Shown here in pieces: positions 9,857-17,733 of a stretch of DNA of 64,000 bases (positions are counted from its first letter, which is position 1; every line of letters starts with the position of its first letter). The notes under the pieces are model-generated. The model did no database searches. It worked only from the letters and a program-made list of their open reading frames with translations, and was not told the origin of the DNA. This stretch comes from a virus. Its lineage: Duplodnaviria; Caudoviricetes. The DNA lies in the IMG/VR virus record IMGVR_UViG_3300029288_000101, positions 32,001 to 96,000 of that record. One strand, given 5' to 3'. A program made the translations under genes and the position numbers.

Positions 9857-10887
9857 ATCATCTTCATTTTTAATCTTACTATTTCCTTAAATTTTGATTT
9901 TAATTCAAAATTTTTTAAATATTTAATAACTCTTATCCACTGAGTGAGTTCTAATAAATCTAAATAACGCTCCTCGATTTGATATTCCTTAATAAAACAT
10001 TTTTTGAAATAATGGTAATGACTCATGTTATCATCTCTCTCAAAAGAATATAATAACTTTGAAATGTCTAAAAGATAAGAACTGTAACTATCAGGATTGT
10101 ATATCGGATCTATTAAATAAAGTTGACCTTCTTTTATCTCTCTAATCAAATTATCCACTGAAAAATCACCATGACAAAAACTTCTTCTTTCATTATAATA
10201 ATCTTCTTTCAAACGTAAAGCATCTAATACTTTAAAAAAATCTTTGTTCGCTTCGCAATGATTTTTCATCCTCTCAATATAACTTGAAAAACTAATTTCG
10301 CTTGGTATTGACTTGAAAGAATTTATTATTTGAAATAGCTCTTCTTTCCTTAAGAACAAAAAATCTTTTGATTGAATATATTGCAAACAAATAGTTTCAC
10401 CTACTACACTATAAACTTCTGGAGTATAAACTAATCCTCTAATTTTTTGATACCAAGAAGCTTCTGACAGGCTATTCTTTGAATTTTTATAAACTTTATT
10501 CCCTCTCCTTTCGACAGCAGCCCCACTTCCTTCTTTTTTTGTTAAATCTTCTATTTCTAATTGCAAAAATCCTTCTGGTGTGAGAGATTTATCATCAACA
10601 TAATAAGCAGCCAAAATCTTATTAAAAGATAATTGATGATATTTGACACCATATTTAGCGAGCCAATTTTCAATTTGAGTTTGATACTTCTGTTTTGCTC
10701 TTTCTCTATCACCTTCGCAAGAAATAAAACCACGAGCAGTCATTATTATTACTTCCCATCCTGAATGATATAGCTTGTTGATTTTCTCTATTATCAACAA
10801 ATTTGGTTCTGCGTTCTCAAAATCTCTATTCGTTGTTTTAGAAATCGTATCATCCAAGTCAAAAACAATTCTTTTATAATATCTCAT
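9850..10887 (-). CDS. HAD phosphatase (EcbF/BcbF-like) fused to APH/choline-kinase-like domain
   Basis: N-terminal DLDDT, TARG, YYVDDK; C-terminal CHGDFSVDN...YLIDP. Confidence 0.8.
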   Translation of the reverse strand: MRYYKRIVFDLDDTISKTTNRDFENAEPNLLIIEKINKLYHSGWEVIIMTARGFISCEGDRERAKQKYQTQIENWLAKYGVKYHQLSFNKILAAYYVDDKSLTPEGFLQLEIEDLTKKEGSGAAVERRGNKVYKNSKNSLSEASWYQKIRGLVYTPEVYSVVGETICLQYIQSKDFLFLRKEELFQIINSFKSIPSEISFSSYIERMKNHCEANKDFFKVLDALRLKEDYYNERRSFCHGDFSVDNLIREIKEGQLYLIDPIYNPDSYSSYLLDISKLLYSFERDDNMSHYHYFKKCFIKEYQIEERYLDLLELTQWIRVIKYLKNFELKSKFKEIVRLKMKMIC

Positions 10888-10915
10888 AAATTTAATTATT
10901 TTACCTCATTAACTT

Positions 10916-10941
10916 TGAAAAGAGGCTTTCGCCTCTCTTCA
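10916..10941 (-). terminator. intrinsic terminator/attenuator hairpin
   Basis: GAAGAGAGGC-GAAA-GCCTCTTTTC on - strand. Confidence 0.65.
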
Positions 10942-10945
10942 AATA

Positions 10946-11041
10946 GGTTTTTATCAACTCCCTCCGTATTGAGAGATGCAGAGCCACTTTGCAATTTAAC
11001 CTCATCCTTGTGGCAGAATAAGATTATTCAGATAAAAAACC
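10946..11041 (-). ncRNA. candidate structured RNA A (multi-way junction)
   Basis: Closing helix GGTTTTTTATC/GATAAAAACC; inner GAATA/TATTC, GCCAC/GTGGC, TCTCTC/GAGGGA; sits between a promoter and a terminator. Confidence 0.55.
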
Positions 11042-11051
11042 ATTTTCTTAA

Positions 11052-11083
11052 CAAATATAACAATCTTCGGAAATATAAGGCAA
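11052..11083 (-). promoter_or_regulatory. Bacteroidota-type primary sigma promoter
   Basis: TTG-N21-TATATTTG matches the -33/-7 consensus. Confidence 0.6.
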
Positions 11084-11140
11084 GCAAAAATGCTGCAATT
11101 TTCATTCTATTATCAAGTTTTATTCAGATCTTGTTTTTAG

Positions 11141-11263
11141 AATATAGTCTTTTTAGTATACATTATTAGACCTTTCTTTATAGCGGCAACACCTACAATG
11201 ATATTTAACCGCTTTGTAATTTCCACTGAAATTTTCGCGTCTTAAAAGAAAGACTGCTATATT
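11141..11263 (-). ncRNA. candidate structured RNA B, 3' of the tRNA
   Basis: AATATAG..GTCTT/AAGACTATATT closing stem; CTTTCTTT/AAAGAAAG; AATTTC/GAAATT; AGCGG/CCGCT. Confidence 0.45.
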
Positions 11264-11284
11264 TATTCAAAGAACTTTTATTTT

Positions 11285-11359
11285 TGGAGAAGTAGTAAGG
11301 TTCGAACTTACATCTATGCCTTTAGAAGGGGATCGCTTTAACTTTAAGCTACACTTCTC
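11285..11359 (-). tRNA. atypical tRNA with 8-nt anticodon loop (Arg-TCT-like or amber CTA-like)
   Basis: Acceptor AGAAGTG/TACTTCT, D arm GCTT/AAGC, T arm GTAAG-TTCGAAC-CTTAC; anticodon arm ATCCC-CTTCTAAA-GGCAT. Confidence 0.75.
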
Positions 11360-11384
11360 GCCAATCTGGAGGAACCAGAATGAA

Positions 11385-11591
11385 TTAATAACCTTTTTTT
11401 GCTATTCCTTCTTTAATAGCAGCCAAAGCATTTTCTTTCGACAGTATTTGAACCATTTTACTGCCACCTTTTGCTACTCCCTTAACCATATAACCACCAC
11501 GAGCAGTTTTTACGATTGTAGGTGTTCCTTCAAAAGGAACTTTCTTTTTCAATTTTACATTGTAGGCTGTTAAGCCTTCTGATTTTGCCAT
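11385..11591 (-). CDS. small basic protein, DUF5679-like without cysteines (possible nucleic-acid binder)
   Basis: AYNVKLKKK...KTARGGYMVKG...GSKMVQIL parallels the DUF5679 pattern. Confidence 0.45.
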   Translation of the reverse strand: MAKSEGLTAYNVKLKKKVPFEGTPTIVKTARGGYMVKGVAKGGSKMVQILSKENALAAIKEGIAKKGY

Positions 11592-11728
11592 TGTTTTTTT
11601 TGTTTTTTAAATTAATATTTGAATTACTTTTATATATAACTGTGTTTATCTTAAAATTTTAATTTTTCTTCTCTATTCTTTCACTTTTATCCTTATTCGC
11701 TTATCAAATATTTATTCTTTATAACTTC

Positions 11729-11908
11729 TTAAGATTCTTTTGTTGCTTCTTCCATATGAAGCAAAATATCTTTAAAATTTTTTGCTCGATTTGCTTTCAA
11801 TCCATGTCTTTTTGCAATTAAATTAAATATTTCACAATTAACTTTCGTTAATTTCATTTGACTAATTTCTTTAATTACTGTTAAATAAGCAATTTCAATG
11901 GTTTGCAT
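11729..11908 (-). CDS. hypothetical protein (59 aa, MQTIEIAYL...)
   Basis: Read manually; AGGAGG SD upstream. Confidence 0.6.
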   Translation of the reverse strand: MQTIEIAYLTVIKEISQMKLTKVNCEIFNLIAKRHGLKANRAKNFKDILLHMEEATKES

Positions 11909-11922
11909 TTTTAAGTTCCTCC

Positions 11923-13290
11923 TTATTTAATTTTATTTATATTATCTGCAGTGTTTTTATCAAAACGAATTTCAACGAGACGAGGCAAAAACAAACTCTT
12001 CTTACCAAACTTATCTTCAATTTTTGAATTGTATTTGACTGAGATTATCTTTCCTATAAAATAATTAGGGTTCTTTGCAATTTCAGTTAATTGTTTATCT
12101 GAAAAGCCTGAGCCAACTTCAACACTTAATAATTTATCAGCACTTTCACAAACAAAGCCACCAATAGTTGCTTCTCGTTTCGTTCCGGATTTTCCAGGAA
12201 ACACACTAACAACTTTTAAATCGCAAACTTTTTCTTCCTTCATCTTAATCCAGGATTTACTTCGCTTAGTTTCATATAAATGGTCTCCTAATTTTAAAAT
12301 TAAGCCTTCTCCACCTTCAGCAACCACCTTACCATAAATCTTTTCCACATCTCCCCAATTCTTCACAGGATATTTGCGTACATATTTTATTTGTGACCAA
12401 TCCTGCTCCCACGATTTCGCTACCTGAAACAAATTGCCTAATAACTTCTTTCTTAAAATGTATTTTAGTTTTCCAACACCATCAGCTACAGTTTGCATTT
12501 TATCATAATCAAAAACATGATAAACAAAATTCTTATCAATTTCTTTCGGTGCAGTTCCTTTTAATATTTTTGTAATTAACCCTGATACTGACTGTCTGTT
12601 TTTCCCTAACATTTCGCCATCAATAAAATAATGGAAATTATTTAAAGGAAATATCATACGAAGTTGTTTGGCTATGTTTTGCATACAATCCATATTTAAC
12701 TCCTGAAAGTTATAAGTATAAAAATGCTCAATTTTCCCTCTCACCATTTCACACCAAATTCTTACACCATCAAACTTCTCCTCAGCAAAAACAGATTTTC
12801 CTTCTTCTAACCATTTCTTAACTACCTCTTTGTTATCTTCTGCCTTCATCATTTCATTATTTGGAATAAGGTTAAAACCCAATGCCTCATTTATAATAGC
12901 TCTTCCAATTCCTATGTTCACATTCTTTGTAAAGATTTTTGCAAGCATTCGCTTTTCCTCCTCTAACAAATCAGTCATTTCAATAAAAATATAAACTTCT
13001 TTTCGAATTTCATCAGTGGCAGCTTTTAAGGAAATAAGCTTCTCTAAAAGTTCTCTAAAATTTTCAAAAGTTTTACACCCACCTTCTGGTCTATCCTCAT
13101 AATCTTCCTCACCTATCCTTTCAACTTTATTTATATGAGTGACAATAAGCGGGTCAAAGCAAAGTTTTAAAACATACCTCAATTCTAAACAATCATTTTC
13201 CCTTATTAATCTTTGTTTTTCTTTTTGAGAGCCTTCTCCAGTAACACTTTCTAACTGAATAAGTAATTGTACAATAGCTTTTAATTCCAT
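11923..13290 (-). CDS. lig: ATP-dependent DNA ligase
   Basis: EEKFDGVR, IDGEM, FD, EGLILK, WIKMK, VGSGFSD, LFLPR motifs. Confidence 0.95.
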   Translation of the reverse strand: MELKAIVQLLIQLESVTGEGSQKEKQRLIRENDCLELRYVLKLCFDPLIVTHINKVERIGEEDYEDRPEGGCKTFENFRELLEKLISLKAATDEIRKEVYIFIEMTDLLEEEKRMLAKIFTKNVNIGIGRAIINEALGFNLIPNNEMMKAEDNKEVVKKWLEEGKSVFAEEKFDGVRIWCEMVRGKIEHFYTYNFQELNMDCMQNIAKQLRMIFPLNNFHYFIDGEMLGKNRQSVSGLITKILKGTAPKEIDKNFVYHVFDYDKMQTVADGVGKLKYILRKKLLGNLFQVAKSWEQDWSQIKYVRKYPVKNWGDVEKIYGKVVAEGGEGLILKLGDHLYETKRSKSWIKMKEEKVCDLKVVSVFPGKSGTKREATIGGFVCESADKLLSVEVGSGFSDKQLTEIAKNPNYFIGKIISVKYNSKIEDKFGKKSLFLPRLVEIRFDKNTADNINKIK

Positions 13291-13307
13291 TTTTAGTTCC
13301 TCCTGTT

Positions 13308-13847
13308 TTAATTAATTGTTTTTATTTTATCTGTTAATTCAATTACATAACCTTTTAAAGACTCAGGACAATATCTAACAAAAACTTTGTTTTCTTCCCA
13401 ATCTTTAAAATTTATTTCTTTAAACCATTTTTTAATACTATTTGGAATAGAAGAAATCTTCAAACCTCGATTTACTGCCATTGCAATACGACTCAAACAA
13501 TGCCATGCCATTCTTCTATCCCATTCTTCTATCCCACCCATTTTCAGTAATACCATCTGCTTACGAGCAAACAAATCACAAGCAAACTCCTGTTCAAATC
13601 TTTTACCCACGTTCCCATCTAAAATATGTTTTACTTCGTGCATACAAACAGCAAACCTATCAGCATTGGTTGGGTGTGGTATTTGAATTTCCTTCTTCTT
13701 ACAATTAGCTCGTCCTGAAGAGGTAGTACGATATTTTACCACTTTTATTTTATAGCATTTCAGCAAAGTTTTCAAATGCTTCTCTGCTGCCAACTTATCA
13801 AATACTATTACTTCTTTTCTTTTTGTTTTCATTTTAAATTCCTCCAT
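13308..13847 (-). CDS. zincin-like metallopeptidase (true start probably 13833)
   Basis: HEVKH (HExxH) plus downstream EQEFAC. Confidence 0.6.
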   Translation of the reverse strand: MEEFKMKTKRKEVIVFDKLAAEKHLKTLLKCYKIKVVKYRTTSSGRANCKKKEIQIPHPTNADRFAVCMHEVKHILDGNVGKRFEQEFACDLFARKQMVLLKMGGIEEWDRRMAWHCLSRIAMAVNRGLKISSIPNSIKKWFKEINFKDWEENKVFVRYCPESLKGYVIELTDKIKTIN

Positions 13848-13852
13848 TTCAA

Positions 13853-14263
13853 TTAAACAAAAAATTTAAAATCAACTATTTTACCGTCTCTCGTAATACC
13901 TTTATAATAATTACCTGAAGGATTTATACGAGTAGTATCAAAACGAATTTTTTCATTATTTAAAGCATTAAATATTTTCCCTGCTAAGATCCTTTTATTC
14001 TTATGCTCTGTTTTTAAAATTGCTATTGAATGGATTATCAAAGCTGTCTCAGAAGTTATTGTATTATCAAGACCTGTTTGATACATATTCTGAAAGGAAA
14101 TCTCTTCGAATAATTTATTAAAAACAGGATTCTCACATAATTTATTTACAAGCCTATTGGCATTAAAAATTTTAACTTTATAGAAATTTTTATAAGTTTC
14201 AAATTCTTCTTCTTTTTTCTTAAAATCTTCATCAAATCTTGATGTATCAATTTTTGTTTTCAT
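13853..14263 (-). CDS. hypothetical protein
   Basis: ORF with strong SD. Confidence 0.7.
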   Translation of the reverse strand: MKTKIDTSRFDEDFKKKEEEFETYKNFYKVKIFNANRLVNKLCENPVFNKLFEEISFQNMYQTGLDNTITSETALIIHSIAILKTEHKNKRILAGKIFNALNNEKIRFDTTRINPSGNYYKGITRDGKIVDFKFFV

Positions 14264-14297
14264 TTTTTTTGGTTCCTCCTTATTAAATTAATATTCT

Positions 14298-14591
14298 TTA
14301 ATCACCATTCCATATTGTTAATTGTTGAGTTATCATTTCAATATTATTATTTAGCCAGTCTTTTGCATCTTGTACTGATTCTGATTCATGCTTTAAAGTA
14401 ATCCATCTCCATTTACAATTTTTATTCCCGTCTTCCAAAATATCCTTCTTTAAAACTTGTAATCTTATTTTAAAAGGTTTACGGCAATCAATATTTCCGC
14501 ATTCTTTTTTATTTAGTTTAATAATAATATCGTCATTGGAGAATGCTCTCCACTGACCTTTTGCTTTTTCTGTTTTAAATGTAAATTTCAT
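14298..14591 (-). CDS. hypothetical protein (start revised to ATG 14591)
   Basis: AGGAGGAAC SD upstream of MKFTFKTEK. Confidence 0.65.
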   Translation of the reverse strand: MKFTFKTEKAKGQWRAFSNDDIIIKLNKKECGNIDCRKPFKIRLQVLKKDILEDGNKNCKWRWITLKHESESVQDAKDWLNNNIEMITQQLTIWNGD

Positions 14592-14611
14592 TGTTTGGTT
14601 CCTCCTTTTTA

Positions 14612-14701
14612 ATTTTACAATTTTAGTTTTCAATTTCAATTTACAAACTAATTAATAACATTTTTCAGTACAAACAAAATTTTTTCATACTTATTTTTCA
14701 A
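14612..14701 (-). repeat. dispersed promoter-like repeat, copy 1
   Basis: 42-nt core 14660..14701 identical to 63552..63593; flanking similarity. Confidence 0.8.
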
Positions 14702-14817
14702 GTATGTTTCAAACTACTGATTCTCAGTAATTGAAAAACACCTTTTTCAAGGTGATTTTCAAGTTTTAACAAAAAACAAAATTTAATAATGAACTTAATT
14801 TTTAACTATGTTCTAAA

Positions 14818-15579
14818 TTATTTTTCAAAATGACTCTTCTCTGGGAATAAACTGCTAATCACACTCTTTAAATCTTCTGTTAAGCCCTTATCATTATAGC
14901 CTGCAACTTTTTTATTTAATAATTCTAATTTAATATCTTCTATATTGTTAAAGGGCTGCTCGAAATTAGCTTTAAATCCTTCAGGCACTTTCTTTCTCTT
15001 TTCGGCAACATTATTAAAATACAAAGTATTTATTGTAAATCCTGCTCTTTCCACTCCCCATTCATACTGGTTCATCACCCACTCAAAATCTTTCTTATTA
15101 TATAATGCTGGTAGATGAGAATCATAATGGTAGATTGGCTTTCCTTGTAATATTAAAACTTCAAAAGTTCTTTTCAATCGAGTCCTCCAACGATTCATAA
15201 ATGCCCAATTAATTTCACTCAAATCTCTAATATACATTGGAGAAAAATCTGATGCCACACAAGGTTGTAAAAGCAATTGATCGTCGCTCATCCTGACAAA
15301 GTTCTGAGTGAGCTGTTCTCTCTTGCAAGCTAATAAAACCTTTTGAATCAAATTAGCATCTTTATTAGCTTTAAAAGTATCTTCAGCTGGTATATGGATT
15401 ACATTTTGAATAAAGTTTGGAAGATAGCCAACAATATAGACTTCTCTTAAATCTAAAAAATTTTTCTCTAAACTCCTCAAACAATATCTAATTTCATTAT
15501 CATTCCACCCAGCTTTAATTCCTAATGGTATAACAACATCTATCTTCTTATTAATACTAAAATCTATTTCAGGACACAT
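14818..15579 (-). CDS. Stealth-like (CpsY/SacB) sugar-phosphotransferase
   Basis: IDVVIP...NEIRYCLRSLEKN...FVRMSDD. Confidence 0.7.
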   Translation of the reverse strand: MCPEIDFSINKKIDVVIPLGIKAGWNDNEIRYCLRSLEKNFLDLREVYIVGYLPNFIQNVIHIPAEDTFKANKDANLIQKVLLACKREQLTQNFVRMSDDQLLLQPCVASDFSPMYIRDLSEINWAFMNRWRTRLKRTFEVLILQGKPIYHYDSHLPALYNKKDFEWVMNQYEWGVERAGFTINTLYFNNVAEKRKKVPEGFKANFEQPFNNIEDIKLELLNKKVAGYNDKGLTEDLKSVISSLFPEKSHFEK

Positions 15580-15631
15580 TATATTTCTTATTTTGATTAT
15601 TGAAAAACAAAGAACAGATTTTATTAAGGAT

Positions 15632-16183
15632 TTATTTTAAATGTTGTTTTGATTTTCTTCCCCCTTCTAGCAATCTATAATAGTGAAAAACGTAAATCCC
15701 TTCCATTAACAAAATCTTTTTGCCTATGGCTAATACTTTTCTAGAAAAATTATTATCTATTGTTAGTATTCCCTGTTCTAGAAAGCCTCCCACTCTCTGC
15801 CAGGTTTTCTTTTGAATTACCATCAGAAATCCGCTTATTGAACGAGGAATTTCTTTTACTTCAAGATACTTCTCTTTTTGTAATTTTAAAGCTAAATCTA
15901 TATGATATTTCCAATCTTGATTTTCTGAAATGACTCCATTATATCGTTGCCATGGATTTCCCACTCTATTACAATAACAAGTAAAAATTCCAGTATCAGG
16001 ATACATTTTTATAATATCTTCTATTTGTTTTCCATAATCAGAAGTTAAGAACATTATATCACGATCTGTTAGTACTCCATAATCTGTGTCTTGAGGCAAT
16101 AGTTGCATATATTCATTATATGCTTTTCCTACATTACCATTTAAATCATAAGGTATAAAATAATATGTCATAATTTTTCTCAA
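15632..16183 (-). CDS. GT2-like glycosyltransferase
   Basis: GKAYN, TDRD, SGFLMVIQKKTWQRVGGF, D..FS, GIYVFH. Confidence 0.7.
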   Translation of the reverse strand: MRKIMTYYFIPYDLNGNVGKAYNEYMQLLPQDTDYGVLTDRDIMFLTSDYGKQIEDIIKMYPDTGIFTCYCNRVGNPWQRYNGVISENQDWKYHIDLALKLQKEKYLEVKEIPRSISGFLMVIQKKTWQRVGGFLEQGILTIDNNFSRKVLAIGKKILLMEGIYVFHYYRLLEGGRKSKQHLK

Positions 16184-16189
16184 GTTTAT

Positions 16190-16274
16190 TTAATTTTCTC
16201 TTCTCCCAACCTCTTTTTGCTGCCTCACTCTTTTTTTCTTTTTGTTTCTTCAGAATCTTCTCTTCATTTGTCAT
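16190..16274 (-). pseudogene. NUMOD3-like homing endonuclease remnant
   Basis: Encodes SEETKRK / KSEAAKRGWEKRK in offset frames. Confidence 0.35.
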
Positions 16275-16312
16275 TTTTATTATGTTATTACTAAATTAGT
16301 ACTAACAACACA

Positions 16313-17050
16313 TCATTTCATTGACTTTAATCTCTCCACTATATCATCGGGGAGAAACAATTGAATTTTTAAATCTGTTTCAACAAAAGGAAACACAATA
16401 TCGCTGAAAAATTTGCTTCTCTTTTTTGAAATATTATTAAAACCATGAGTATCTACTCCATATAACCAATCGTCAGTTTCATTAATAAATACTCTTTTTG
16501 GATCTATATTTTTTACTAACCAGCCATCTACTTTTGCTCTAACAGCTTCAAAAGAAAGTTTTCTAACATCTTCAGTTTTAGCACCCATATTCAAACCACC
16601 TCTTTGAATATTTTTTTTATCTGAAAATAAAATGTGTTGTTGTTTTTGAATCCAATAAAACAAGCCTTGATTCGCTTTATACCAATCATTTCCTAAATTT
16701 ATTGCTTCCATTGTTGTTCTCAACCTATTAGGTTCTGAATAGCAATCAGCTGCTTGAAATACAAAAGCAACAGAATTTACGTCTGCTCGCTGTCCTAATA
16801 ATCTCCATTTTTGGCTTAATGGAACCCAACAAGGCAAAGAAATATACAATATTCTTCTACAACCTATTTGTTTTAATCTTTCAAAATAAGAATCAAAAAA
16901 TTCCTTACCACAACTATTATCATCAGATTCTTCCACCACTATTATTTCCCAGCCAAAATCAATTCCTTTTTGCCTGCAAAGTCCTTCCATTGCCAGCCAA
17001 GCAATATTTTTACTATTAAACACTGGCAGACCAACTGTTAATTTTATCAT
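16313..17050 (-). CDS. GT-A fold glycosyltransferase-like protein
   Basis: LTVGLPVFNS...WEIIVVEE...AADCYS. Confidence 0.65.
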   Translation of the reverse strand: MIKLTVGLPVFNSKNIAWLAMEGLCRQKGIDFGWEIIVVEESDDNSCGKEFFDSYFERLKQIGCRRILYISLPCWVPLSQKWRLLGQRADVNSVAFVFQAADCYSEPNRLRTTMEAINLGNDWYKANQGLFYWIQKQQHILFSDKKNIQRGGLNMGAKTEDVRKLSFEAVRAKVDGWLVKNIDPKRVFINETDDWLYGVDTHGFNNISKKRSKFFSDIVFPFVETDLKIQLFLPDDIVERLKSMK

Positions 17051-17733
17051 CGTTTGAAATTATTTAAAAATTCTATTTTTACCTCTTCAAATCCCACTGA
17101 CTTCTTAAAGGTTCTTAATCCTGGTAAACAAGCCTTTAAAGTTAGATAATTTAAACACTTTACTTGCTTATAATTCTCTATGCAATCTTTAATTATAAAG
17201 TTAATTAAAAGATTCATTATACCAAACTTTAAATGTTCTGCGTGTCCTAAGATTTGATTAATTATTGCAAATTCATTCATAAAATTCACATTACACCAGG
17301 CTACTAATTTATCTTCTTTTAACACTCCAAAATATTTTATTTTATGAACATCGCAACAATTCAGAGTTCTCGCCTCTTCAGGATATTTTTGATATTTTGC
17401 TGACATTCTTTTACCTTGTCTAAATTCTTTTGAATTGTTAATTTCAAAAATATCTTCTAAAAATAAATTATAAGAAATCTCTCTTGCCTCATAATTATTC
17501 TTCTGAGATTTAACAATCATATTTCTACTTTTACAACCTATTTGTTTTAAATAGGCTTCATAAGTTTTAGAAATTATAATTACTGCTGGTAGATATTTAT
17601 GACTGATAATTTCTTCACTAATTAATACTTCTCCAAAAGGTCTATTGGATTTTATCCAATTTTCCCAAATAAAGAATAACTCTTCACAACCTTTTTGACA
17701 TCCTTCTGCGCTTCCAATTAAATCAATTTTCAT
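17047..17733 (-). CDS. GNAT/FemAB-like acyltransferase
   Basis: SRNMIVKS..NYE, YFGVLKEDKLVA, ILGHAEHLKFGIM, GLRTFKKSVGF. Confidence 0.6.
   Translation of the reverse strand: MKIDLIGSAEGCQKGCEELFFIWENWIKSNRPFGEVLISEEIISHKYLPAVIIISKTYEAYLKQIGCKSRNMIVKSQKNNYEAREISYNLFLEDIFEINNSKEFRQGKRMSAKYQKYPEEARTLNCCDVHKIKYFGVLKEDKLVAWCNVNFMNEFAIINQILGHAEHLKFGIMNLLINFIIKDCIENYKQVKCLNYLTLKACLPGLRTFKKSVGFEEVKIEFLNNFKR

Noticed and set aside
10946-11041. SAM-I riboswitch (TTATC...GATAA ends)
   Set aside because: Lacks the AGA-G/GAGGGA kink-turn arrangement and the GCAACC core
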